Below are positions 1-11,233 of a DNA stretch of 64,000 nt, in pieces (within the stretch, counting starts at the first letter, position 1; each line of letters opens with the position of its first letter). Source of the DNA: an uncultured Chloroflexia bacterium (lineage in GTDB: Bacteria; Chloroflexota; Limnocylindria; Limnocylindrales; CSP1-4). Made by a program: the position numbers and the translations under genes. Where the stretch lies: NCBI GenBank assembly GCA_963748625.1, contig CAVVJT010000003.1, positions 1 to 64,000 of the forward strand. The letters are read 5' to 3'. Below the pieces are notes generated by a model that was not told the origin of the DNA, did no database searches, and worked only from the letters and a program-made list of their open reading frames with translations.

Positions 1-146
1 GAGCCGCCAGCGCGCACGACCATCGGCCAACGCCTGACCACCTGGGGATCACGGACAGGTTGACGGGCAGCACGTCACAGGCGTTACCTGTGCGACGATC
101 GATGCCGTCGTCCAGCGGATGCGATGCGCCGGCAAGGCGCCGCTGA

Positions 147-462
147 TCAGACCTCGAGGAGGGCGTCGGCCCACCACGCCGGGGGCACGGGCCGCGGATC
201 AAGGCCGGGACTCGAGGCGGGCGCCCCGTGCACAGGCGGTGCCGCATCGCTCACGCTTGCCTGGCGGACAACCACGTCCTCCTCGGTGACGTTGAACACG
301 GTGAGGTCCTGGCTGATGGCTACCGGCCCCTGGTAGTTGACGGCCAGCTCGTCGAAGACGACATCCGTGCCGGGGGTCAGGTCGAGGTGCCAGAGCGCCC
401 CCATGCGCAGCTGCGTGCGCTGGAGGATCTTGCCCAACTGCTCGGGATGGTGTGGGCAAGCC
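147..462 (-). pseudogene. C-terminal fragment of an RNase Z/arylsulfatase-like MBL-fold hydrolase (N-terminus absent)
   Basis: AHT(I)/PEQLGKIL...ALWHL...YQGPVAISQDLTVFNVT resembles the MBL-fold C-terminus; there is a frameshift at the HT-PEQ motif and no upstream coding continuation. Confidence 0.5.
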
Positions 463-464
463 TG

Positions 465-639
465 GTGCGTTGGGATCCGGAGCGGCACATTCCCGCGCTG
501 GTTCACGCTCCTCGGATACCTGCTGGGACTGGTCCTGCTGTTCGCGGTCTCCTTCGTTGACTGGATCATCCTCGTGCTGCCCGCCTGGGTCGCCGTGACC
601 AGCGTGTTCATCCTCCGGCGGGAGCGCTCCCGCCGCTGA
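465..639 (+). pseudogene. C-terminal fragment of a membrane protein, homologous to the protein at 29396..30088
   Basis: GIRSGTFPRWFTLLGY...LVLPAWVAVTSVFIL aligns by eye with GRGSDALPRWLVIL...LVFPAWVVLVSLMLI. Confidence 0.55.
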
Positions 640-714
640 CCAGCGGACGGTCGCTCGCGGCTGCGGCGACGCGCCCGGGCGGTTGTAGGCGCAGCGTGGG
701 ATACGCTCGGTCCC

Positions 715-2147
715 ATGAAGATCCTGGTGGTCGGTGCAAGCGGCTACGTCGGCGGACGGCTCGTTCCGCTGCTCGTCGAGCGTGGACACGAGGTGGTCCT
801 CCTTCGGCCGGAACGTCCGGCTGCTGGCGACCCGCTTCCCGACGGCGAAGGTGATCCAGGGCGACCTGCTCGACCCTGCGACCCTCCCGCCGGCCCTCGA
901 GGGCGTCGACCTCGCGTACTACCTCGCGCACTCGATGGGTTCCTCCGCGGAGGGCTTCGCGGAGCGTGACCGCCGGGCGGCCGCCAGCTTCGGGGCAGCC
1001 GCTGCTGCAGCAGGCGTTGGCAGGATCGTGTACCTCGGCGGCCTCGGCAATGACGACGCCGCGCTCTCGCACCACCTTGCGAGCCGGCACGAGACGGGCG
1101 CGGAGCTTGCACGCCATGGCGTTCCCGTGACCGAGTTCCGGGCCGCGATCGTCATCGGGGCCGGGAGCGCCTCGTTCGAGATCCTCCGGCACCTGGCCGA
1201 GCGACTGCCGATCATGATCACGCCCCGCTGGGTGTCGACGCGGTGCCAGCCGATCGCCATCCGCGACGTCCTCGACTACCTTGTCGCGGTATCGGAGCAC
1301 CCCGAGATCACCGGGATCGTGGAGATCGGGGGTCCGGACGTCCTCTCGTACGGCGAGATGATGCTCGCCTACGCGCGGCAGCGACGGCTGCGCCGCGTGA
1401 TGATCCCCGTCCCCGTCCTGACCCCGACGGCTCAGCTCCTACTGGGTCAACCTTGTCTCGCCGGTGCCGGCCTCGATCGCGCGGCCCCTCATCGAGGGCC
1501 TGCGCAACGAGGTGATCGTCCGCCGTCCCGGGCCGGCGACCGCGTTCGGCCTCCACCCGATGTCGTACGAGGAGGCCCTCGCCCGGGCGATCGAGCGCAC
1601 CGACCGGCACGAGGTCGAGTCCACCTGGTTCGACGCGTACCGGAACGCCCGGCGTGAAGGGCTGCCCGAGAACGCGACGGGGGAGGGGATGATCGTCGAC
1701 CGTCGGGTCGTCGAGGTGGCCGCTCCGGCCGACCGGTTGTTCGCGGAGGTCGAGCGCGTCGGCGGTGCGACCGGGTGGCCCTATGCCAACCTGCTCTGGC
1801 GGATCCGCGGCGCCGCCGACCGTGTGATCGGGGGCGTCGGGATGCGTCTCGGACGTCGCGATCCCGACCATGTCCGGGTGGGTGACGCGGTCGACTTCTG
1901 GCGGGTGGAGGACGTGCGGCCCCCGGAGCTGCTGCGGCTCGTGGCGGAGATGAAGCTGCCGGGCCGGGCGTGGCTGCAGTACGAGGTCATGCCCACGGCG
2001 GATGGAGCGCGGTCGATCCTGGTGCAGACGGCGTTCTTCGAGCCGCACGGGCTGGCAGGTCTCGCGTACTGGTACGGGCTGGCGCCCATCCACCCGTCGA
2101 TCTTCCGGGGCATGGTGACCAGGCTGGCGGCGCGGGCGACCCACTGA
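715..2147 (+). CDS. YbjT-like atypical SDR/NAD(P)-binding oxidoreductase with a C-terminal DUF2867-like domain (2 frameshifts)
   Basis: MKILVVGASGYVG Rossmann motif, YYLAHSM, HLASRHETG, RLVAEMKLPGRAWL, GLAYWY; frames switch near 800 and 1425. Confidence 0.85.
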
Positions 2148-2608
2148 TGCGCGACCACCCCGTGCAGGCTGCCGTGCGGTGGGGGATCGCAAGAATGCTC
2201 GCGATCAGCATCACTGCCGCCCTCCTGGCGGGCTGCTCGCTGCTCCCGCCGCCCGCCGGCATCCAGCTCACCATCCCGGTCACGGCCGATGTTGCGGCGC
2301 TCCCGGTCACCGTCGTGGACCACGCCGGCATCGTCGGCGGGGCGGCCCCCGGTGCCCCCGCGAACGATGCTCCATTCGAGACGACGGTCCGCGCGGTCCC
2401 TGGCCGCGACGATGCTGTGGCGGTCCACTGGATCGGCGGGGCATGCGACGACCGGACGATCATCACGATCGACCCGGATGCGGACCGCTACCGGGTCACG
2501 ATCGAGACGCAGTCCTCGGCCACGGGGTGCAATGCGAGCGGCATCTTCCGCACGGTGGTGCTCACGCTCGCGGAGCCTGTCGTGGCCGACGCGTTCGAGG
2601 TCCGCTGA
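2147..2608 (+). CDS. Hypothetical lipoprotein
   Basis: TGATG overlap with the previous stop (alternative ATG at 2195); LLAGC lipobox; two further Cys. Confidence 0.65.
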   Translation: MRDHPVQAAVRWGIARMLAISITAALLAGCSLLPPPAGIQLTIPVTADVAALPVTVVDHAGIVGGAAPGAPANDAPFETTVRAVPGRDDAVAVHWIGGACDDRTIITIDPDADRYRVTIETQSSATGCNASGIFRTVVLTLAEPVVADAFEVR

Positions 2609-2640
2609 CGGTCCCGGCGCCGCCGCGGCCCCGGGGCGGC

Positions 2641-3537
2641 TCAGCCGATCTCCGCGGCCTCCGTGGCGGGCGACGCCCCCTGGTCGCGCATCACGAGCAC
2701 GCTCGCGATGACGACAAGGCCGACACCGGCGATCTCCACCGGAGTCAGCACCTGGCCCAACAGCAGGAACCCGGCCAGCGCCGCCACGGCCGGCTCCAGG
2801 CTGAGCAGCACCCCGAACACGCGGGTGTCCAGCCGTCGCAGCGCGAGCATCTCAAGCGAGTACGGCACCACCGACGACAGCACCGCCACTCCGGCACCCG
2901 CGAGCAGCACGCCCAGCGTCACCGCGACCACATCCCACGACACGGCCGCGAAGGGTGCCACGAGGACCGCGCCGATCACCATCGCGAACGCCAGACCGTC
3001 GAGCTGCCGCCAGCGTGCCCCCACCGCCTGCGTCGCCAGGATGTAGGCCACCCAGGCTGCACCCGCGATCGCCGTGAGCAGCAGGCCGATGGCGTCAACG
3101 GCCGCGATCCCGCCCTCGAGCGCTCCTGACACCGCCACGACGCCCGCGAACGCGAGCGCGACGGCCGCGAAGTGGGCCGGCTTGCGTGACTGGACCGCGG
3201 CAAGACCGAGGGGACCCAGGAACTCGATGGTCACCACGATGCCCAGCGGCATCCGGCTGAGCGCGCCGTAGAAGGACAGGTTCATGGCCGCGAGGCTCAC
3301 GCCCAGGACCACGACAAGCAGCCAGTCCCGCCGGCTGCGCCCGCGGATGCCCGGCCGCGCGAGCAACAGCATCAGGAGCGCCGCCACGGCGAGCCGGATG
3401 CCGACGGTGACGGCCGGACCGACCTGCGCGATCAGCCCGGCCGCGATCGCGGCCCCGAACTGCACCGACACGATGGCGGCCAGCACCAGCAGCGGCGCCG
3501 GGACGGACGTTGTGGGCAGACGTCGGGCAGAAGTCAC
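2641..3537 (-). CDS. EamA/DMT transporter, RhtA-like
   Basis: IVSVQFGAAIA, MNLSFY, TIEFLGPL, SSVVPYSLE, SLEPAVA motifs; about 10 TM segments. Confidence 0.9.
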   Translation of the reverse strand: MTSARRLPTTSVPAPLLVLAAIVSVQFGAAIAAGLIAQVGPAVTVGIRLAVAALLMLLLARPGIRGRSRRDWLLVVVLGVSLAAMNLSFYGALSRMPLGIVVTIEFLGPLGLAAVQSRKPAHFAAVALAFAGVVAVSGALEGGIAAVDAIGLLLTAIAGAAWVAYILATQAVGARWRQLDGLAFAMVIGAVLVAPFAAVSWDVVAVTLGVLLAGAGVAVLSSVVPYSLEMLALRRLDTRVFGVLLSLEPAVAALAGFLLLGQVLTPVEIAGVGLVVIASVLVMRDQGASPATEAAEIG

Positions 3538-3610
3538 CCGGTCAGGATCGCATGGGGGCCAGTGCGGCTGCGCGCACCCCGGCGTCCGCCAGTCGTGCGA
3601 GCATGCGGCT

Positions 3611-5184
3611 GTGACGAAGCGTCATCGCATCGATGGCCGAAGTCTGGCGCTCAGCGGCGGGCTCGTGGGCGGGTCGCTGGTCGCTGCCACGGCCGCGGCC
3701 GCCGTGCTGGAGTCGCTCGGCGTCGAGAACGGGTCCCCGGTGTACCTCGTGGCCGTGGTCGTCTGCGGGGTGCTGGGTGGGACGTGGACGGCGGTGTCGG
3801 CAGCGCTCGGGTCCTTCCTCGTCTACAACTACTTCTTCACCGAGCCTCGCTACACGCTCGCGATCAGCGATCCGGGCGTGCTCCTGAGCGTGGTCCTCCT
3901 GCTGTTCGCCGGGATCGTCGTGGGCAGCTCGCCGCGGCGCAGCGCAGCCGGGCCGAGGTCGCCATCGCGCGCGAGCGGGAGGCACGGTCGCTGTTCGGCG
4001 TGTCGCGGGTGCTCGCGACGCGGGAGTCGACCGAGGCTGCCTTGGCCGCCATCGCGATCGCGCTCCGGGATGAGGCCGGGATGGACCGGGTGTGGATCGC
4101 GATCGGGCCGGAGCCGGCCAGCGAGCGTGTCGCTGCCGACACCCGCGGCGACGAACCCCGGCCGACTGACCCTCGGTTCAGGGTGCTCCAGCGCCGGCCG
4201 GGAGATGAGCCTGCGACGTGGTCGCTCGTCCATCAGCCGGCGGGAACCGGAGGGCGGAAGACAGGCGTCGACCTCTACCGGGTCCGCATCGACGCGAGTG
4301 GCGAGTGCCTGGGTTCGATCTGGGCGGCGCGATCCAGGCAGCTCGACGCGCCCGGCCGGACACAGACCCGGCTCCTCGCGGCTGCCGCTGACCAGATCGG
4401 CCAGGCGCTGGCGAGGGACCGCGTCGCCGAGGCAGCTCGATCGGCGGAGGTCGCCCGGCAGGGTGACGAGCTCAAGTCGTCGCTGCTGCAGTCGGTGTCG
4501 CACGACTTCCGCACACCACTCGCGGTCATCCGTGCGGCCGCCGGCAGCATGGACGCCCCGGAGACGTCGCCCGACGACCGGCACGCGAACGTGGTGGCCA
4601 TCGAGCGGGAGGTGGAGTACCTCAACGCCCTGGTGGCCAACCTGTTGGATCTCAGTCGCATCGAGGCGGGAGCCCTCCGCGCGGACCGCGACCTCTACGA
4701 GCTCGATGACGTGGTGGAGCAGGCAGTCGACCGGCTGCGTGCCGGGCTGGGCCATCGCCAGGTGGAGGTCGCCGTGGAGCCCGTGATCGTGCGCGTCGAC
4801 GGGGTGTTCCTTGACGCTGCGCTGGCCAATCTGCTCGAGAACGCGCGCAAGTACGCACCAGCGGACGCTCCCGTCCGTGTGTCCGCAAGGGTGCTCGACG
4901 CCGTGTTCGTCCGGCTGACCGTGGAGGACGGCGGGCCGGGCGTGCCCGACGCCGCGCTGCCGCGGCTGTTCGAGAAGTTCTACCGGGTTCCAGGTGCCCG
5001 GGGCGGCTCGCGCGGGGGGCTGGGCATCGGCCTTGCTGTCGTGAAGGGTCTGATCGAGGCCACGGGCGGTCGTGTGAGCGCACGCCGGAGCGCGCTCGGC
5101 GGGTTGGCCGTGGACCTGGACCTGCCGCGTGCCACCGTCGCTGGCGGCGCCACGGCGGACGGGACGGGGACCGAATCGGCATGA
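3611..5184 (+). CDS. kdpD: KdpD-like sensor kinase, membrane (DUF4118)-GAF-HisKA-HATPase half (frameshift near 3927)
   Basis: YNYFFTEPRYTL, SVSHDFRTPL H-box, NLLENARKY, DGGPGV, GLGIGL; lies next to kdpE. Confidence 0.85.
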
Positions 5185-5906
5185 CGGCACCGGCCGAAGG
5201 CGCCGTCATCCTGGTCATCGAGGACGATGCCGCCACGCGGGAGGTCCTCTCCCGTGAGATCCAGCATGCCGGGTACCGCGTGGTCACCGCGGAGGATGCG
5301 CGCACTGGCCTTGAGCGTTTCGCGGCCCGCCGGCCGGACCTCGTCCTCCTGGACCTGGGTCTGCCGGATCGCGACGGCTCCGAGGTCATCCGGGCGATCC
5401 GACGCGAGGCGACCACGCCGATCGTGATCCTGTCGGGACGCTTCGACGAGCGGGAGAAGGTTGCCGCCCTTGAGGATGGTGCCGACGACTACGTGACCAA
5501 GCCATTCGGCATCGACGAGCTCCGGGCCCGCATCAAGGTCGCTCTCCGCCACGCAGCCGGGCCGGCCGGCTCCACCGACGGTCGACTACGGGCCGGTCCG
5601 ATCGAGCTGGACCTGGACCGCCACGAGCTGCGACTCGCCGGCAGTCGCGTCGAGGTCACGCCGCGCGAGTTCGAGATCCTCAAGGTGCTGCTGGTGCACC
5701 AGGGCCGGATCGTGACGAAGGGCCGCCTCCTCCGCGCCGTCTGGGGCCAGGCCTACCAGGGTGAGGCGGACTACGTGTATGTCCATGTGAGCAGCCTGCG
5801 CCGGAAGCTGAATCGCGCGAACCCCGAGCTGGCCGCAGGCGCGCTCATCGTCACGGAGACCGGGGTCGGATACCGGATCAGCGTCCCGCAGCCCGTGCCA
5901 CCCTGA
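5181..5906 (+). CDS. kdpE: OmpR-family response regulator KdpE
   Basis: IEDD, LLDLGLPDRDG, GADDYVTKPF, TETGVGYR. Confidence 0.85.
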   Translation: MTAPAEGAVILVIEDDAATREVLSREIQHAGYRVVTAEDARTGLERFAARRPDLVLLDLGLPDRDGSEVIRAIRREATTPIVILSGRFDEREKVAALEDGADDYVTKPFGIDELRARIKVALRHAAGPAGSTDGRLRAGPIELDLDRHELRLAGSRVEVTPREFEILKVLLVHQGRIVTKGRLLRAVWGQAYQGEADYVYVHVSSLRRKLNRANPELAAGALIVTETGVGYRISVPQPVPP

Positions 5907-5910
5907 CGAT

Positions 5911-5928
5911 TTCAGGCGGACTTCAGGC
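5911..5928 (+). promoter_or_regulatory. Candidate KdpE box: TTCAGGC direct repeat with 11-bp periodicity
   Basis: TTCAGGC at 5911 and 5922, in the only sizeable gap upstream of the kdp structural genes. Confidence 0.35.
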
Positions 5929-5983
5929 CCGCGACCCCGGTTGAGCGTCATTTCCTCTTGGAGGCCGGGCAGAGAGTGGTGCC

Positions 5984-6235
5984 ATGGACACCACCTCCGA
6001 GGCCGACGCCGCACTGAACCGCCAGCTCGAGGGCGAAGTCCGCCTCGTGCACGAGGCGATCCTCCTCGTGTCCGCCAACGGCGCGCAACGGGTTGACGTC
6101 GCCGGCCTGCGCCTGGCCCACGCCGTCCTGCCGACAGTGGAGCGGCTCGCAGCGGCGTACGGCGTGCGCGTGGTGCCACTCTGGTCCACGGACGAGCAGC
6201 AGTTCGACGTCCGGGTCGAGCGGATCACGCCATGA
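5984..6235 (+). CDS. Hypothetical 83-aa protein in the kdp locus
   Basis: Clean ORF; stop overlaps the next start (ATGA). Confidence 0.65.
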   Translation: MDTTSEADAALNRQLEGEVRLVHEAILLVSANGAQRVDVAGLRLAHAVLPTVERLAAAYGVRVVPLWSTDEQQFDVRVERITP

Positions 6236-6609
6236 CACCCCGTCCGGTCCACGTCCTGATCGTCGAGGACGATGACGGCCTTCGGCAGATCCTCGCGCGG
6301 CACCTCGCTTCGAAGGGGTTCCGGGTGGCGGAGACATCGACCGCGGAGGCGGCCGAGGCAGAGCTCCTCGGCGGGCTCCGGCCGGCCCTCGTCCTGCTCG
6401 ACCTCAACCTGCCCGGCGGCACCGGCTGGGATCTGCTCCGCGGTACGGCGCTCGCCGGTGCCGGCGATCCGCCGGTGGTGATTACCACGGCGACCACCGT
6501 GAACCCGAAGCGGCTGCGCGAGTTCGCGGTTGCCGGGTACCTGCCCAAGCCCTTCGCCATGGAGACCCTTGTTGCCACCGTGGAACGATTCGTTGGAGCC
6601 CGCTCATGA
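6232..6609 (+). CDS. Single-domain response regulator (receiver only)
   Basis: VEDD, LLDLNLPG, T, YLPKPF; no output domain. Confidence 0.85.
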   Translation: MTPRPVHVLIVEDDDGLRQILARHLASKGFRVAETSTAEAAEAELLGGLRPALVLLDLNLPGGTGWDLLRGTALAGAGDPPVVITTATTVNPKRLREFAVAGYLPKPFAMETLVATVERFVGARS

Positions 6610-6695
6610 CCGATCTTGCCGTCCTGGTCCTGCTGGTCGCCGTGTTCGCGGCGTTCGGCGGGCTCATCTGGCTGTGCCAGGCGGTGCGCTCGTGA
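6606..6695 (+). CDS. 29-aa hydrophobic peptide upstream of kdpF
   Basis: [29 protein letters not shown], read manually; overlaps both neighbours by 4 nt. Confidence 0.65.
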   Translation: MTDLAVLVLLVAVFAAFGGLIWLCQAVRS

Positions 6696-6781
6696 TCCCG
6701 ATCGAGATGGTCGCCGGCGTGCTCAGCCTGTTCGTCGGCATCTACCTGGTGGTCGCCCTGCTGCGGCCCGAGCGGTTCTGA
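6692..6781 (+). CDS. kdpF: K+-transporting ATPase subunit F
   Basis: GTG start; C-terminal [12 protein letters not shown] signature. Confidence 0.9.
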   Translation: MIPIEMVAGVLSLFVGIYLVVALLRPERF

Positions 6782-6785
6782 GACC

Positions 6786-8496
6786 ATGCTGGCCAACTCC
6801 CTCATCTCGCTCGCCGTCATCCTCGGGGTGGTCGCGATCCTCGCGCTGCCGCTCGGCCGCTACATCGCGACGGTGCTCGACGGGGGCCGCCATCCGCTGG
6901 CCCGTCTCCTGGGTCCCGTGGAGCGCGGCATCTACCGGGTGGCGGGCGTTGACCCGGCCCAGGAGCAGGGCTGGCGTGGCTATGCCGTGGCCCTCCTGCT
7001 GTTCAGCGTGCTGTCGATCCTCGCCCTGTACTTCCTCCAGCGCGCCCAGGGGCTGATCCCCCTCAACCCGACCGGCGTCGGAGCCGTGCCGGAGGACCTC
7101 GCGCTCAACACGGCGGTGAGCTTCGTCGCCAACACCAACTGGCAGAACTATGGGGGCGAGTCCACGATGGCGCACCTCACCCAGGCGGCGGGCCTGGCGG
7201 TGCAGAACTTCGCGTCGGCGGCCGTCGGCCTCGCGGTGGCGATCGCCCTGGTGCGCGGGCTCACCCGCCGCACCTCGGCGACGATCGGGAACTTCTGGAC
7301 GGACATCGTCCGCGCGACCCTCTATGTGCTGCTGCCGATCGCATTCATTTTCGCGCTGGTGCTCGTGTGGCAGGGCGTCCCGCAGACGTTCGCCGGCCCC
7401 GCGACGGTCAGCGGGCTGGACGGCGCCTCCCAGACCATCTACCTGGGACCCATCGCATCGCAGGAGGCGATCAAGGAGTTGGGGACCAACGGCGGCGGCA
7501 TCGTCAACGCGAACTCCGCCCACCCGTTCGAGAACCCCACGGCCCTCACCAACCTGCTCCAGCAGGTGCTCATCCTCGCGATCCCGTTCGCCCTGACCGC
7601 GACGTTCGGCGTGATGGCCGGCGATCGCCGCCAGGGGTGGACGGTGTTCGCCGCGATGGCGGTCGTCCTCTCGGTGGCGGCGGTCGGCGCGATCGTCGCC
7701 GAGTCCCAAGGCAACCCGCTGTTCCCAGCCGGCGTCGACCAGGCGCTGGGCAACATGGAGGGCAAGGAGCTCCGTTTCGGGGCCTCCGCAGGTGGCCTCT
7801 ACGCCGCGATCACGACGGGGACCAGCACCGGAGCCGTCAACGCGATGCACGACAGCTTCACCCCGCTGGGCGGCCTTGTGCCGCTGTTCCTGATGCTGCT
7901 CGGCGAGGTCACGCCGGGCGGCGTTGGCGCCGGGCTGTACGGGATGCTCGTCTTCGCCCTGCTCACCGTGTTCATCGCGGGCCTGATGGTCGGCCGCACG
8001 CCCGAGTACCTGGGCAAGAAGGTCGAGAGCTTCGAGATGAAGATGAGCATGCTCGTGGTGCTCGTGCTCTCGGCCAGCATCCTCGGCTTCACGGCGCTCG
8101 CGGTGGCCACCCCCGTGGGCCAGGCGGGCCCCCTCAACGCCGGGCCGCACGGTTTCAGCGAGATCCTATACGCCTTCGCAAGCCAGACCGGCAACAACGG
8201 CTCCGCGTTCGGCGGCCTCACCGGCAACACGCCCTTCTACAACGTGGCCGGCGCCATGGCCATGCTGATCGGGCGGTTCGCGATGATCATCCCGATCCTC
8301 GCCATCGCCGGGTCGCTGGCCGCCAAGCGTCGCGTGGCGGCCTCCGCGGGCACGTTCCCTACCACGGGCGCGATGTTCACGGTCCTGCTCATCGGGATCG
8401 TGGTGATCGTGGGCGCCCTCAACTTCCTCCCCGCGATGGCGCTCGGGCCCGATCGCCGAGCACCTTCTCCAGCAGGCTGGGATGGTCTTCCCGTGA
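6786..8496 (+). CDS. kdpA: K+-transporting ATPase subunit A (extra base near 8447 artificially fuses it to kdpB)
   Basis: [25 protein letters not shown]; the true end LGPIAEHL...FP* is in a shifted frame. Confidence 0.95.
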
Positions 8497-10646
8497 CCCT
8501 CGACACCGCACGCGGCACGCGCCGCTTCCAGCGCTTCGTCCAGCTCGGCGGGCAGAAGCCCGATGCGCAGCCGCCGAAGTCCCCGGGGATCCTCGACGGG
8601 ACGTCGCTCCGCGCGGCCCTTCCCCAGGCCGTCCGCAAGCTCGATCCGCGCCAGCTCGCCCGGAACCCGGTCATGTTCGTCGTGGAGATCACGGCGGTCC
8701 TCGTCAGCGTCATCGCCGTTCTCCGGCTGGCCGGCGTGGATGCCGGAACCGGGACGGCCGTCGCCTTCGACGTCCAGATCGCGGCCTGGCTGTGGTTCAC
8801 CGTGCTGTTCGCGACGTACGCCGAGGCTGTCGCCGAGGCACGCGGCAAGGCCCAGGCGGCCACGCTGCGCAGGACGCGATCGGTGACGATGGCCCACCGC
8901 CGCGATGCATCCGGCGCCATCGCCGATGTCGGCAGCAGCGAGCTGCGCGCCGGCGACATCGTTGTCGTGCGGGAGGGGGAGACCATCCCGTCCGACGGTG
9001 ACGTGATCGACGGCGTGGCGTACGTGAACGAGGCCGCGATCACCGGCGAGTCCGCTCCTGTTCTCAAGGAGGCGGGCACGGACATCCGCTCATCGGTCAC
9101 CGGGGGGACCACGGTCGTCTCGGATTCGCTCGTCGTCCGCATCACGGCCAACCCGGGCGAGACGTTCCTCGACCGGATGATCGCGCTGGTGGAGGGCGCA
9201 TCCCGCCAGAAGACGCCCAACGAGCTGGCGCTCTCGATCCTCCTCGCGGGTCTCACGCTGGTCTTCCTGCTGGCCACCGTGACGCTCCAGCCGTTCGCGA
9301 CGTACGCCGGCGCGACCGTGAGCATCGTGGCCCTCGTGGCGCTGCTGGTCTGCCTCATCCCGACCACCATCGGCGGCCTGCTCTCCGCGATCGGGATCGC
9401 CGGCATGGACCGGGTGGCACGCTTCAACGTCCTGGCGATGAGCGGGCGCGCGGTGGAGGCTGCGGGCGACGTGGACGTGATCCTGCTCGACAAGACCGGG
9501 ACCATCACGTTCGGCAACCGGCTCGCCTCGGCGATCACGCCGGCACCGGGCGTCGACGAGGCCGAGGCCCTGCGGCTTGCCGTGCTGTCCTCGCTGCGCG
9601 ACGAGACACCCGAGGGCCGCTCCATCGTGGCCCTCGCCCGGGTCCGCATGGGCGAGCTCGGGCTGCCCGGGGCGACCGGCGACGAGGGGCCGATTCGCGC
9701 ACTCGACGCCCGCATCGCCGAGCAGCGCGACTTCACCGCCGAGACCCGCAGCTCCGGCGTGGTGCTCACGGACGGGACCATCGTCCTGAAGGGCGCCGTG
9801 GACGCCATCGCCGCCTCGTTGCCTGCGGGCCTGCCGGCCGAACTGGCGGCCGAGTCCGACGCGATCGCCGGACGTGGCGCGACGCCGCTGCTGCTCCGCC
9901 GTGCCGACCAGCCGATCGCCCTGATCGAGCTCAAGGACACCGTGAAGCCCGGACTGCCCGCCCGATTCGCGGAGTTCCGGCGCATGGGCGTGCGCACGGT
10001 GATGATCACCGGTGACAACCGCCTCACCGCGGCGACGATCGCCCGCGAGGCCGGCGTGGACGACTTCGTCGCCGAAGCCCGCCCGGAGGACAAGATCGCG
10101 TTCATCCGCAAGGAGCAGGCGGACGGCCATTTGGTCGCCATGACGGGCGACGGCACCAACGACGCACCCGCGCTCGCCCAGGCCGACGTCGGGATCGCGA
10201 TGAACAGCGGCACGTCGGCGAGCAAGGAGGCGGCCAACATGGTCGACCTCGACTCGGATCCGACCAAGCTGCTCGAGGTGATCGCCATCGGCAAGCAGCT
10301 CCTGATCACCCGCGGTTCGATCACGACCTTCTCGATCTCGAACGACATCGCGAAGTACTTCGCGATCCTGCCTGCGCTGTTCGCGGGGGTGTACCCGCCG
10401 CTGAACGCTCTCAACGTGATGGGCCTGTCCAGCCCCGAGAGCGCGATCCTGTCGGCGGTCATCTTCAACGCGCTCGTGATCGTCGCCCTCATCCCGCTCG
10501 CCCTTCGTGGCGTCGGCTTCCGGCCGGCGTCCGCAAGTGCGCTGCTCCGGCGCAACCTGCTCGTCTACGGCCTGGGCGGCATCCTCGTACCGTTCCTGGG
10601 CATCAAGCTGATCGACGTCATCGTGACGGCGATCGGACTCGCGTGA
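8493..10646 (+). CDS. kdpB: K+-transporting P-type ATPase subunit B
   Basis: [24 protein letters not shown]. Confidence 0.95.
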   Translation: MTLDTARGTRRFQRFVQLGGQKPDAQPPKSPGILDGTSLRAALPQAVRKLDPRQLARNPVMFVVEITAVLVSVIAVLRLAGVDAGTGTAVAFDVQIAAWLWFTVLFATYAEAVAEARGKAQAATLRRTRSVTMAHRRDASGAIADVGSSELRAGDIVVVREGETIPSDGDVIDGVAYVNEAAITGESAPVLKEAGTDIRSSVTGGTTVVSDSLVVRITANPGETFLDRMIALVEGASRQKTPNELALSILLAGLTLVFLLATVTLQPFATYAGATVSIVALVALLVCLIPTTIGGLLSAIGIAGMDRVARFNVLAMSGRAVEAAGDVDVILLDKTGTITFGNRLASAITPAPGVDEAEALRLAVLSSLRDETPEGRSIVALARVRMGELGLPGATGDEGPIRALDARIAEQRDFTAETRSSGVVLTDGTIVLKGAVDAIAASLPAGLPAELAAESDAIAGRGATPLLLRRADQPIALIELKDTVKPGLPARFAEFRRMGVRTVMITGDNRLTAATIAREAGVDDFVAEARPEDKIAFIRKEQADGHLVAMTGDGTNDAPALAQADVGIAMNSGTSASKEAANMVDLDSDPTKLLEVIAIGKQLLITRGSITTFSISNDIAKYFAILPALFAGVYPPLNALNVMGLSSPESAILSAVIFNALVIVALIPLALRGVGFRPASASALLRRNLLVYGLGGILVPFLGIKLIDVIVTAIGLA

Positions 10647-11233
10647 GGTCATCGATGTCCGCCACCTGGCGCACCTACCTCCGGCCCGCCCTCGTGGTGC
10701 TGGCCGCGCTCACCCTCGTCACGGGGATCCTGTATCCGGCCGCCGTCACGGCCGTCGCCCAGGTCGTCTTCCCGTCCCAGGCCAACGGGTCCATGATCAC
10801 CGCGAACGGCACGATGGTGGGATCAGCGTTGATCGGGCAGGCGTTCTCGGATCCGCGGTACGTCTGGGGCCGGCCGTCCGCTGCCCGCGACGGCTATGAC
10901 GGCATGGCGTCGGCCGGCTCGAACCTCGGTCCGACGAGCCGGGACCTGATCGACCGCGTCGTCGCCGACGTGGACGCCCTGCGTGCCGCCAACGGCGAGG
11001 GTCCCGTCCCGGTCGACCTGGTGACAGCGTCGGCGTCTGGCCTCGACCCGCACATCAGCCCGGAGGCCGCCGCCTACCAGGTGGCCCGCGTGGCCGAGGC
11101 GCGGGGCGTGGATCCGTCGACGGTCCAGGCCGCCGTGGCCAGGCACACCGAGGGCCGTACCCTGTTCTTCCTCGGTGAGCCCAGGGTCAACGTGCTCCTG
11201 GTCAACCTCGACCTGGACGGGATGCTCCAATGA
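10643..11233 (+). CDS. kdpC: K+-transporting ATPase subunit C
   Basis: [30 protein letters not shown]. Confidence 0.95.
   Translation: MRSSMSATWRTYLRPALVVLAALTLVTGILYPAAVTAVAQVVFPSQANGSMITANGTMVGSALIGQAFSDPRYVWGRPSAARDGYDGMASAGSNLGPTSRDLIDRVVADVDALRAANGEGPVPVDLVTASASGLDPHISPEAAAYQVARVAEARGVDPSTVQAAVARHTEGRTLFFLGEPRVNVLLVNLDLDGMLQ

Noticed and set aside
8237-10555. Long antisense ORFs (here and opposite thrS, sulP and others)
   Set aside because: Shadow ORFs expected at high GC; no motifs and biased composition
6786-10646. Apparent 1286-aa KdpA-KdpB fusion
   Set aside because: One extra base near 8447 (GGGCCC run); the normal KdpA end and a GTGA stop/start overlap are present in the shifted frame
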